Of a DNA stretch of 58,563 bases, positions 42,261 through 53,199 are shown one piece after another; the stretch's first letter is position 1, and every line of letters starts with the position of its first letter. Below the pieces are notes generated by a model. That model made no database searches and was not told where the DNA came from. It saw only the letters and a list, made by a program, of their open reading frames with translations. The stretch is from NCBI GenBank assembly GCA_032718475.1, contig JAUCBJ010004881.1, positions 1 through 58,563 on the forward strand, read 5' to 3'. A program made the position numbers and the translations under genes. The DNA comes from Nemertoderma westbladi (taxonomy: Eukaryota > Animalia > Xenacoelomorpha).

Positions 42261-42591
42261 ATAATACTAATCACTTTAATAAAAAAGAAAATTAATTTAA
42301 TTTTTTAATTTTTAATTAATTAATTTATGTCAATAGGACCGTCAACCAATACTTTTTACTAATATTTAGTTAGTTTTTAACATATAAAAACGACTCTTAT
42401 TAGTCGCATTACTGTGAGCAGATCGATGTATACCAGAATTGAACACGTCGGGGCGTGTGGATTTTAGGAATCTTGCCTAGATATTCAGTCAGTTCTAGGA
42501 ATCTTATTTAAATACGTAATCAGTTCTATGGCTTTCGAGTCGAACAGCGCATTGCTAATAAAATGTGCGTTTTAGTGGCAAAAGCTTTAAC

Positions 42592-44812
42592 CGCCTTATT
42601 GTGGCCAAGGTGAGACTTGTCTGCGTGCTAGCAGCGTTGCCGCGGCATAACTGGTAGGTCCTCTCTGTTGCAACAGCCCAGTTGTGAGATCCAGCTTCAC
42701 ACTACAGCTGAGCAACAGGTACGAGGTTCTTGCCTCTGAGGCGGCAGATCACTGCGAGGGCTATACTGCCTTCACAGAGGCAGTTAAGTTAGCAGCTGCA
42801 GAAACAGTTCCTGTATACCCTCGAAACAGGAAAAGGGCCCCCTGGACTGACCAAAAAATTCAGAAGTGCCGAAATGACCTCTATAAGGCGCAGAAAGAGT
42901 CCCGACTCAAACAGACTACAGCGGCCTAGAATGCAGTTAAGGCTGCATCTAGGTCCCTGAACAGGCAGTACTCTGTTAATCTACAGGAGCTAATAAATCA
43001 ACAGGTTGATGCCATCAATGATGCCGACGACAGCAGGCAATCATCCCAGGCATGGAAATCGATCAATGTGCTTACTGGGCGGACAAGCCAACCAACCACC
43101 AAGGTTAAGGCTGAATCACCAGCCGATCGCCTCAATGGTTGGAAGCCCCTTTGAAAGCTCCTCAATAATGACAGGGTTATTGCCTGATAACTTTATAGAA
43201 GTAAAAGTGTCTGAGTCTGTACTCCCAAATATTCTCATTGGCGATATCTCCTTTGCAGAAGTGAAGGCTGCTGCAAAGAGCATTAAGACCAATAGTGCCA
43301 GTGGAGTAGATGGTGTTCCCCCTGAGGTCTTTAAAATACCTTAGTGTTTAAAGCTCATCTATCCCATCATAGTAGACATGTACAGAACAACAAGAGTCCT
43401 ACAAGAAATGAAAACAAATAAGTTGGTGCCAGTTCCCAAGAAGGGCAACCTAACACTCTATGGTTCTTTTCGGGGAATCTCATTTATCTCGATTGCTGCA
43501 AAGCTATACAATTAGAATTCTATTAAATCGCATCAGGGATCCCATTGAGAGACTGCTCCGTGGAAATCAGAATGGGTTCCGTAAAGGTTATGGCACCATG
43601 GAGCCCATTTTGGCACTTAAGAAGGATAATTGGAGAGTTATCAAGAAGAAAGACAGGCATCTGGCTGCTATCTTATGTTGACTTCTTCAAGGCCTTTGAT
43701 TCAGTCTCTCGCTCACGTATGTTCAGCATACTTTTATTATATGGTATTCCTGATGAAATTATTGCAGCAATCAGATCAGTATACGATGGTTTGACAACAT
43801 TTGTGTCTACTGTTGACGGTGAAACAGAACCATTTGAAGTGTTATGGGGCGTCCTCCGGGCCCTTGCACCATTCTTGTTCATAATTATTGTTGACTATGT
43901 TCTATGCATGTCCTTAGATCATCATAATGCTGATGGGGTCATGGTAACTCCACCTAGTGGCTCCAGAAGTCGAGGAAATCCTGCCAAGTACCTAACTGAT
44001 CTAGACTTTGCTGAAGACTTTTAGTACTCTCAGGATCACTAGAGGGAGCGCAACGGCTCCTCAGCTCATTAGAACATGCTGCTTCTAGTGTTGGTCTTTA
44101 TATTAACTCCAAAAATACCAAAATTTGAAAGTCCTCAGCAAGTCTCTGATCGGATGAGCATAAGCTCAAAGGATGGTATGCTTGAGCATGTGGATGACTT
44201 CTGTTACCTGGGATCATGGATCCGGAAGTCAGGTCTTCGAATATGTAAGGAAAAGGCATGGGCAGCCTTGTGTAGGCTTTCCAGGAATTGGAAGTCACAT
44301 AGAATTCATTGGAAACTTAAAGTCCGATCATTTAGAGAAGCAGTATCCGGACTCCTCTATGGGAGTCCATGCTGGGCTCTAACTGCTGAGGACACCAAAT
44401 CTCTGGATGGCACATTCACAAGAATGCTACGCCGGGTTCATTGTGTTCAGTACGATGCACACATCTCCAACCAGACACTATATAACATTGGAGGTGTCTC
44501 ACTGGTTCCCCCAAGCTTGACACTAGAACAAAGTTGCCTCCGCTTTGCAGGACATTGCTCTCGCCGTGAGGACCAGCCAGTGCATAATCTTGGGCTCTGG
44601 TGGCCTCATGGAGTGAATAGGCATGGTGGACAGACGAGACGCATCTTAAAGGACAGTGGCCTCGAAGATGCGGATGATCTAGCAAATATCATGGGTGATA
44701 GGGAGTTGTGGTTGCGCAATTTTGTTCACAAGCCGGCACAGCATTCTTAATATATATGTGGCACAGCATTCTTAAAAATGCACCTCATATGCAGCTTGCC
44801 AATCCTTGTAGC
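42592..44812 (+). mobile_element. RTE-type non-LTR retrotransposon, copy 1 (5'-truncated, decayed RT)
   Basis: RT motifs NQNGFRKG, DFFKAFDSV, LAPFLF, LDFAED across frameshifts; collinear with 50662-52881. Confidence 0.92.
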
Positions 44813-44831
44813 TATTAAGACAAATAATAAA

Positions 44832-44996
44832 GCAACTGGGTCTAGTGGTGACATTCCTGGGTTTCCAATGAGGAGGCACTGGTTCGATCCCCAGATGGGG
44901 CAGCACTATTTGGCCACAGTGCTTTAAATGCTGCAGCCTAGCCCAACCCTGGCTTTCATCCTTAACTAGTTGATAAATGGGAACCAAGGCAACTTG
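44832..44996 (+). mobile_element. tRNA-derived SINE head and body
   Basis: A-box GGGTCTAGTGG (44838-44848) and B-box GGTTCGATCCC (44881-44891). The later GCTTTCATCCTT...GATAAATGGGAACC resembles the conserved central domain of widespread metazoan SINEs. Confidence 0.7.
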
Positions 44997-45754
44997 GGAA
45001 ACAGAGTGGAGTGGTTTACTGTGGAAGATCACCCATGGCGGTGAAGAGACATTCCTATAGATCACACATTTGGTGAACAGGCATTCCTTTAGGAAGCAGA
45101 GTGGACGGCTTTACAGTGGAAGATCACCCATGGTGGTGAACAGGCATTCATTTAGGAAACATAGTGGAAGGGTTTACTGTGGAAGAGCACCCATGGTGGT
45201 GAACAGGCACACCTTTAGGAAACAGAGTGGAAGGGTTTACTGTGGAAGATCACCCATGGTGGTGAACAGGCATTCCTTTATGAAACAGAGTGGAAGGGTT
45301 TACTGTGGAAGATCACCCATGGCGGTGAAGAGACATTCCTATAGATCAAACATTTGGTGAACAGGCATTCCTTTAGGAAGCGGAGTGGAAGGCTTTACAG
45401 TGGAAGATCACCCATGGTGGTGAACAGGCATTCATTTAGGAAACATAGTGGAAGGGTTTACTGTGAAAGAGCACCCATAGTGGTGAACGGGCATTCATTT
45501 AGGAAACATAGTGGAAGGGTTTACTGTGGAAGTTCACCCATGGTGGTGAACGGGCATTCATTTAGGAAACATAGTGGAAGGGTTTACTGTGGAAGATTAC
45601 CAATGGTGGTGAACAGGCATTCCTTTAGGAAACAGAGTGGAAGGGTTTACTGTGGAAAATCACCCATTATGGTGGTGAACAGGCATTCCTTTAGGAAATG
45701 GAGTGGAAGGGTTTTCTGTGGAAGATCACCCATGGTGGTGAACAGGCATTCCTT
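44997..45754. repeat. 63-bp minisatellite (~11 units) contiguous with the SINE 3' part, with a 284-bp internal duplication
   Basis: Unit TGGTGAACAGGCATTCMTTTAGGAAACAKAGTGGAAGGGTTTACTGTGGAAGATCACCCATGG. The variant block GCGGTGAAGAGACATTCCTATAGATCA occurs twice, 284 bp apart. Confidence 0.95.
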
Positions 45755-45849
45755 GGCTTAATGAGACTAAAATATTCTCCAATTCAATATAATTAATTAT
45801 AGTACAATAAGTACCAGTAATAAATATTTATTATAGATACCCTTGCTGA

Positions 45850-46110
45850 CGTCACACAAGCCACACAGTCTATGCGAGGTGGCGGATCAGAATATCAGTC
45901 TCCTTACACCAGACCCATCAGTGGTTCCGACTAGGGGGGTGAAGGAGATCCTCTGATCCTCACACACAGCATTGTAGTGCACCTTCTCCACTCGAACTCG
46001 CTGCTCGAGGATGTAGTCCAAGGAACCAGTAATGTATGAGGGGGCGTTGGCATTTACAACCATAATGTCGAAAGACGGTGATGGTTGGCTGACATGGAGA
46101 ACTCCCCAAG
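45850..46110 (-). pseudogene. Fragment of a restriction-like endonuclease domain from a CRE/R2-group non-LTR retrotransposon
   Basis: FDIMVVNANAPSY...EKVHY...SFTPLVGTTDG matches the FD(V/I)xVxNxxAxSY...EKxxxY...FTPLV C-terminal pattern of RLE-type elements. Confidence 0.7.
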
Positions 46111-46982
46111 GGTTTTTCTTTCTGTTCAGATTAATGGAATTTAGTTTCTTTTTGAAGCAAATTTGCGATGAGCAATTAGGATTACTGCAGCAAATTTGCG
46201 ATGAGATTATCACAAAATGTTGTCATGTGATTCAGTTAGCAGTCCAACTTTTATGACCCTTTGTGGCGGAAGTGGCAGCTGAAGGCGAATATCAACATCC
46301 TATTGATCATTATGTACTGTATATACTGTTGATGACGTCAGATCTCCACTTCTCAACATGTATTCCCTTCCGGCAAAGCAGATTTCCAATTAGTTTACTG
46401 TTGAAATTTTAAGGTCCAAATGCCTTCTTTTAGATTGATCATTCAACTCCTTTACCTGATATTCAGTATGTGTCAAATAGTTTCATATTTGCGAAAACTA
46501 TATGAAATGGTGTTTGTTTGTTTAATTAATTGCAAACCTTAGGTTTGGAATGTTATAAATAGATGCGTATGACAGAGTTGCAGTTGATAACCTCCGAAGT
46601 TTTGCCTAGATTGTAAGTCTGATGTTCAACCAATTGAGCAACACCGCCTCCACTAATAATCACCTTTATAATTTATCAATAAAAGTAAATGTAAAACTCT
46701 CACAGGCGAAGTCTATGATAAACAATGTTCGTCCCTTGGAAATACTCTTTTTACAGACACGGACAGTTCTTTTTACGGACAGTTTACTGTAATACAGTAC
46801 TGAAGTAGTTTAGTGGAAGGGTTCAAATATAATTTTATAATCAGATCATTATGGCGTCTCTTTAGGGTCAATATTCAGTGTTTTAATATTTTTTATTCAG
46901 TATAAATTTACATTCAGTAATAATTAATATCTTTCAGTGTTCTACAATATCTTTTAGTAATTAATAAATTATCGTTCAGTAA

Positions 46983-47704
46983 TACTGAATTATCTTTCAG
47001 TATTTTACTGAATTATCTTTCAGTATTTACTGAATTATCTTTTCAGTATTTACTGAATTATCTTTCAGTATTTACTGAATTATCTTTCAGTATTTACTGA
47101 ATTATCTTTCAGTATTTACTGAATTATCTTTCAGTATTTACTGAATTATCTTTCAGTATTTACTGAATTATCTTTCAGTATTTACTGAATTATCTTTCAG
47201 TAATACTTAATTATCTTTCAGTAACGTATTTATCTTCCAGTGATTATCTTTCAGTATTTACTGAATTATCTTTCAGTATTTACTGGATTATCTTTCAGTA
47301 TTTACTGAATTATCTTTCAGTAATACTTAATTATCTTTCAGTAACGTATTTATCTTTCAGTGATTATCTTTCAGTAATACTTAATTATCTTTCAGTAACG
47401 TATTTATCTTTCAGTGATTATCTTTCAGTATTTACTGAATTATCTTTCAGTATTTACTGAATTATCTTTCAGTATTTACTGAATTATCTTTCAGTATTTA
47501 CTGAATTATCTTTCAGTATTTACTGAATTATCTTTCAGTAATACTTAATTATCTTTCAGTAACGTATTTATCTTTCAGTGATTATCTTTCAGTAATATTT
47601 AATTATCTTTCAGTAACGTATTTATCTTTCAGTGATTATCTTTCAGTAATACTTAATTATCTTTCAGTAACGTATTTATCTTTCAGTGATTATCTTTCAG
47701 TATT
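46983..47704 (+). repeat. 22-bp quasi-palindromic tandem repeat in the left TIR
   Basis: (TACTGAATTATCTTTCAGTATT)n interspersed with a compound variant containing CAGTAACGTATTTATCTTTCAGTGATTATC. Confidence 0.95.
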
Positions 47705-47785
47705 TGCAATAGCATATCAGTATAAAATCACTCGTTATAATAAATTCCGTATAAATTCCTTTATCTCTCTATTGAATTCAATAGG

Positions 47786-47820
47786 CCAATCACAAAAAAG
47801 GCATATTCTAGAATATATAA
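47786..47820 (+). promoter_or_regulatory. Putative CCAAT box and TATA box in the left TIR, facing inward
   Basis: CCAAT (47786-47790) in GGCCAATCA context and TATATAA (47814-47820); mirrored in the right arm. Confidence 0.4.
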
Positions 47821-48041
47821 TGTTAATTTACGAAAACTGTCGACGGTGCAGTATGGCCTATGCAGTATGAAGTTACACTAGGCTACACAGTTTGTTGTTA
47901 GTTATGTATTAGCGTTTGACAGTGTGAAAGTTAGTGTTTGTTATTAGTGTTTGAAAGTTCCTGTACTGGTGATGGGTTTACTGGTGAAATTTTAAAATCA
48001 ACCTTCCCAAAGGGCAAAACTATAACTATTCAGCTAACTAC

Positions 48042-48614
48042 CTTAACGAAATTGAAGTCATTTTCCGAGAACTTTGGAGCCTCCGCCTGTTCTAGAATTT
48101 TGGAAATTTTTTGTCTTATTACTTCTTTAGAGTCATTCACTTCAAAGGTTAGAAGGGCGAACTTCCAGGTGAGAATTCTAGAATCGGTTTCAAGTTCAGA
48201 TGAAGCGGCTCGAAGAATACGCAGGTCACGTGTTATACTTAACGGTTCTGTAGAAGGACGACCTTGTCGACGGCCTCCCAACGGAACCCGGCTAGTAACT
48301 CTCCGTCTAGAACCGCCCGCTGTGCCGGAGCGAGGTACCGAATTCGCAGCAGCGTTAAACATTGTAGGCGAATTTGCCGGAACTTGAATTCTATAAGGGG
48401 AGAAACTAGTCGACAATTCCGCTCGGACAGCTTCCCTTACCGAATCTACTGTAAACGCATTTGGCATAGGTGGTGGCGAGGTCGATGGATTTGTATTCTC
48501 GTTTAGATTGCGATTGTGAATGGTGGGAGTATCATCCACTAAAAGAGAACGACCGCAACTAGTACAGAAATTCAGTTAATTTGCTGAACCACATGCTCCA
48601 CAAAAACGCGGCAT
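48042..48614 (-). pseudogene. Transposon-borne gene remnant: N-terminal CxxC...CxxC zinc ribbon, low-complexity linker and further domain; one in-frame stop; probable first exon
   Basis: ATG at 48614 reads MPRFCGACGSAN*LNFCTSCGRSLL in frame with ORF 48030..48539. The frame ends ...NDFNFVK followed by GTAGTT (48041), a plausible splice donor. Confidence 0.7.
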
Positions 48615-48754
48615 TGCAGTTTATTCTTCCTCAGTTTCTTACACTTAATTAAATATATCACGCTAATACATAACTAACAACAAACTGTGTAGCCTAGTGT
48701 AACTTCATACTGCATAGGCCATACTGCACCGTCGACAGTTTTCGTAAATTAACA

Positions 48755-48789
48755 TTATATATTCTAGAATATGCCTTTTTTGTGATTGG
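48755..48789 (-). promoter_or_regulatory. Putative CCAAT box and TATA box in the right TIR, upstream of the zinc-ribbon ORF
   Basis: ATTGG at 48785-48789 and TTATATA at 48755-48761 on the + strand; ~140 bp upstream of the ATG at 48614. Confidence 0.45.
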
Positions 48790-48871
48790 CCTATTGAATT
48801 CAATAGAGAGATAAAGGAATTTATACGGAATTTATTATAACGAGTGATTTTATACTGATATGCTATTGCAA

Positions 48872-49382
48872 ATACTGAAAGATAATCACTGAAAGATAAA
48901 TACGTTACTGAAAGATAATTAAGTATTACTGAAAGATAATCACTGAAAGATAAATACGTTACTGAAAGATAATTAAGTATTACTGAAAGATAATTCAGTA
49001 AATACTGAAAGATAATTCAGTAAATACTGAAAGATAATTCAGTAAATACTGAAAGATAATTCAGTAAATACTGAAAGATAATACAGTAAATACTGAAAGA
49101 TAATTCAGTAAATACTGAAAGATAATTCAGTAAATACTGAAAGATAATTCAGTAAATACTGAAAGATAATTCAGTAAATACTGAAAGATAATTCAGTAAA
49201 TACTGAAAGATAATTCAGTAAATACTGAAAGATAATTCAGTAAATACTGAAAGATAATTCAGTAAATACTGAAAGATAATTCAGTAAATACTGAAAGATA
49301 ATTCAGTAAATACTGAAAGATAATTCAGTAAATACTGAAAGATAATTCAGTAAATACTAAAAGATAATTCAGTATTACTGAA
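48872..49382 (-). repeat. 22-bp quasi-palindromic tandem repeat in the right TIR
   Basis: (AATACTGAAAGATAATTCAGTA)n, the reverse complement of the left-arm array but shorter. Confidence 0.95.
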
Positions 49383-49510
49383 CGATAATTTATTAATTAC
49401 TAAAAGATATTGTAGAACACTGAAAGATATTAATTATTACTGAATGTAAATTTATACTGAATAAAAAATATTAAAACACTGAATATTGACCCTAAAGAGA
49501 CGCCATAGAT

Positions 49511-49542
49511 CATGGCCCTCTAAATGTATTCAGAGGGCCATG
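49511..49542. mobile_element. 32-bp hAT-like mini-element (11-bp TIRs, 8-bp TSD)
   Basis: CATGGCCCTCT-AAATGTATTC-AGAGGGCCATG. AATCAGAT at 49543-49550 and at 46839-46846 flank it directly once the 46850-49507 insertion and its TSD are removed. Confidence 0.7.
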
Positions 49543-49774
49543 AATCAGATATTACAGTCAGCCAAGCATCCAGAGAATCAATTTCCTGATTGCATATGAT
49601 GCACATGCAAGCTAGGTATCAACAAACAGAAACGCAATTGGTGCTAATTTACTTCCCAGTAGTGGTTAGGTAGTTACTGTACACATTTCTCACTTCGTTT
49701 CATTGGCCTTTACTTCTCTCTCCCTTCCTACCAATATATTATCTTGGCTTGGCCCTTTTACAATCAATGCCTTC

Positions 49775-52700
49775 TGTCATGTCTCGTAGTGCGAGCATAA
49801 GTACTGAAGTAAATAACATAAATTTGAGTTCAATAATACCAGCGTATGTATAATGTTAAGGTATAATAGTATTAAATATGGTGCGCTGCAGCTATGCAGC
49901 ATATGTGGAAGCCATTGGTGAATCTGAGGTAAGTCACTAGACTAGCCTCAGTAAACACCCTAACACTCGGGTCCCCAATGCGACAAGGTGAGCTGACTGC
50001 CTTGGCAGATAAGCTTTCTCTTAGCGCATTGGGTGTTCAAGAGCACCGAATGCAGACTGGACAGACTGATGAGGTTCTGATTAAGGACATGGGGGGCGGT
50101 TGACGACTTGCCCTCGCCGCAGCAGATGATAGTGGAAATGGTGGTATTGGTCTATTGATGAATCCAACTGCACATGCAGCATTGGACAAAATAGACCAAA
50201 TCTCTAACCGCATCATCCGTTGCCACTTCTCATGTTCTGGAAGACTGGCTACGAAGTTTCCTATGGTGGTTCTGATTGTGTGCTACTCTCCAACTAGTGT
50301 TGCCCCTGTAGAGGAGGTGGAAAATTTCTACCACAATCTACAAGCAGCTACTCAGTGTGGATCAGCATGTATTCTTAACATTCCTGGGAGACTTTAATGC
50401 AAGTCTGCATCAATCACCTACATCGCCCTGGGTCTATAGCACTAGTGTCAACCGAAATTCCGTCAATCTTCAGGATTTTATCTCTGGAAATGGATTTTTT
50501 TCGGCTGGAACCCAGTTCAAGAAGCGAACTGGAAAGATATGGACTCATAGTGGACCCAGTGGTCACAAGTCCCAGATAGACCATATTCTGTTTCGTAGGA
50601 AGTACAGGAGCTCTATACAAGACTGTAATGCATTTACACTTCGACCCTTCTCCAGTGATCACGCCTTATTGTGGCCAAGGTAAGACTTAGTCTGCGTGCT
50701 AGCAGAACAACGAAATCTGCCTTGACGCGGCATGACTGGTCCTCTCTGTTGCAACAGCCAAGTGTGAGATCCAGCTTCACACTACAGCTGAGCAACAGGT
50801 ATGAGGTTCTTGCCTCTGAGGCGGCAGAACACTGTGATGGTTATACTGCCTTCACAGAAGCAGTTAAGTTAGCAGCTGCAGAAACAGTTCCTGTATACCC
50901 TCGAAACAGGAAAAGGGCCCCCTGGACTGACAACAAAATCCAGAAGTGCCGAAATGACCTATATAAGGCGCAGAAAGAGTCCCGAATCAAACAGACTACA
51001 GCGGCCAAGAATGCAGTTAAGGCTGCATCTAGGTCCCTGAACAGGCAGTACTCTGTTAATCTACAGGAGCTAATAAACCAACAGGTTGATGCCATCAATG
51101 ATGCTGACGACAGCAGGCAATCATCCCAAGCATGGAAATCGATCAACTTGCTTACTGGGTGGAAAAGCCAACCAACCACCAAGGTTAAGGCTGAATCACC
51201 AGCCGATCGCCTCAATGGTTGGAAGGCCCACTTTGAAAAGCTCCTCAATAATGACTGGGTATTGCCTGATAACTTTATAGAAGTAAAAGTGTCTGAGTCT
51301 GTACTCCCAGATATTCCCATTGTCGATATCTCCTTTGCAGAAGTGAAGGCTGCTGCAAAGAGCATTAAGACCAATCGTGCCAGTGGAGTAGATGGTGTTC
51401 CCCCTGAGGTCTTTAAAATACCTGAGTGTTTAAAGCTCATCTATCCCATCATAGTAGACATGTACCGTACAACAAGAGTCCCACAAGAAATGAAAAAAAA
51501 TAAGTTGGTGCCAGTTCCCAAGAAGGGCAACCTAACACTCTATCTCATTGATCTCGATTGCTGCAAAGCTATACAATAGAATTCTATTAAATCGCATCAG
51601 GGATCCCATTGAGAGACTGCTCCGTGGAAATCAGAATGGGTTCCGTAAAGGTCGTGGGACCATGGAGCCCATTTTGGCACTTAGAAGGATAATTGAAGAG
51701 TTATCAAAAAAGAAAGACAGGCATCTGGCTGTTATCTTTGTTGACTTCTTCAAGGCCTTTGATTCAGTCTCTCGCTCACGTATGTTCAGCATACTTTCAT
51801 TATATGGGATTCCTGATGAAATTATTGCAGCAATCAGATCAGTATACGATGGTTCGACAACATTTGTGTCTACTGTTGATGGTGACACAGAACCATTTGA
51901 AGTGTTATGGGGCGTCCTCCAGGGAGACACACTTGCACCATTCTTGTTCATAATTGTGGTTGACTATGTTCTACGCATGTCCTTAGATCATCATAATGAT
52001 GATGGGGTGATGATAACTCCACCTACTGGCTCCACAAGTCGAGGAAATCCTGCCAAGTACCTAACTTATCTAGACTTTGCTGATGACTTAGGAGTACTCT
52101 CAGAATCACTAGAGGGAGCCCAACGTCTCCTCAGCTCATTAGAACATGCTGCTTCTAGTGTTAGTCTTTTTATTAACTCCAGAAAGACCAAAATTTTGAC
52201 AGTTAACTTTGAAAGTTCTCAGCAAGTCTCTGATCGGATGAGCATAAGCTCAAAGGATGGTATGCTTGAGCATGTGGACGACTTCTGTTACCTGGGATCA
52301 TGGATCTGGAAGTCTTCAAATACGTAAGGGAAAGGCATGGGCAGCCTTGAATAGGCTTTCCAGGATTTGGAAGTCACCGAGAATTAATCGGAAACTTAAG
52401 GTCCGATTATTTAGAGCAGCAGTAGTTCCAGTACTTATCTATGGGAGTCCATGCTGGGCTCTAACTGCTGAGGACACCAAATCTCTGGATGGCACATTCA
52501 CAAGAATGCTACGCCGGGTTCATTGTGTCAAGTACAATGCACACATCTCCAACCAGACACTATATAACATTGGAGGTGTCTAATTAGTTCCCCCAAGCTT
52601 GACACTAGAACAAAATCGCCTCCACATTGCAGGACATTGCTTTCGCCGTGAGGACCAGCAAGTGCATAATCTTGTACTTTGGCAGCCTCATGGAGTGAAT

Positions 52701-53065
52701 AAGCATGGTGGACAGCCCATGACTTTCTTGAGACGCATCTTAAAGGACACTGGCCTTGAAGATGCGGATGATCTAGCAAATGTCATGGGTGATAGGGAGT
52801 TGTGGCGGCGCAATTTTGTCGACAAGTCGGCACAGCATTCTTAAAAATGTAGCTGCAATGCAGCATGCCGATACTAGTAGTAGCATATGTGGTAGGCGCA
52901 TACAGCTGTACTGTGTACAGTAAGCCAGTATCAAGCAGTACTGCAGTAATAAGCAGTCTGGATGTACGGTTAAAGCCGTAAGTATGTACAATGATATGTA
53001 TAATTCCCTTCACCCATGTTGCCGTATGAAACAGTATAAAATTGGGGCAAGCCATGAACACAACA
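49775..53065 (-). repeat. 3' LTR in two pieces (49775-49908 and 52893-53065, ~307 bp reconstituted)
   Basis: 49775-49788 TGTCATGTCTCGTA equals 57531-57544, and 52907-53065 matches 57545-57706. Confidence 0.88.
49909..52881 (+). mobile_element. RTE-type non-LTR retrotransposon, copy 2 (near-complete APE+RT ORF, disrupted), 11-bp TSD
   Basis: APE motifs RLASVNTLTL, GVQEHR, VCYSPT, LGDFNA, SQIDHIL, SDH. RT motifs GFRKGRGT, DFFKAFDSV, GVLQGDTLAPFLF, LDFADD. Short (TAG)n tail. AGCATATGTGG at 49898-49908 and 52882-52892. Confidence 0.93.
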
Positions 53066-53077
53066 TCCCCTTTTCCC
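53066..53077 (-). other. Polypurine tract of the gypsy element
   Basis: Minus strand GGGAAAAGGGGA immediately precedes the TG start of the 3' LTR. Confidence 0.85.
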
Positions 53078-53199
53078 GTGAGATCTATAAGAGTTATACA
53101 AGTTATAGTCTAGTTTATTGTTTAAAAGGGCAGTTTTAAACGTTATGTATGACTGTCTCCCCAAATCGACAGTTGGTGTTCTAATACGTTCGCTTCTGC

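Larger units (their letters stand above)
46850..49507. mobile_element. Foldback-type non-autonomous DNA transposon with ~0.85-1.07 kb TIRs and a 6-bp TSD; IS3EU-like
   Basis: Arm 46850-47915 is the reverse complement of 48660-49507 apart from repeat number. Termini TATGGCGTC...GACGCCATA. GATCAT at 46844-46849 and 49508-49513. Confidence 0.9.

Noticed and set aside
44832-44900. Functional tRNA genes here, at 40780-40849 and at 46605-46649
   Set aside because: Acceptor and anticodon stems do not pair properly, and the 46.6 kb piece has no B-box. Treated as SINE heads or relics
41328-45761. ORFs at 41328, 41350, 45070 and 45354
   Set aside because: Translations of the 17-bp and 63-bp minisatellites
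47938-48506. Plus-strand ORFs 47938..48387 and 48264..48506
   Set aside because: Antisense shadows of the minus-strand zinc-ribbon frame, with non-ATG starts and no motifs
46850-49507. Polinton/Maverick assignment based on long TIRs and a 6-bp TSD
   Set aside because: Termini are TAT...ATA rather than AG...CT, and there is no polB, integrase or capsid remnant
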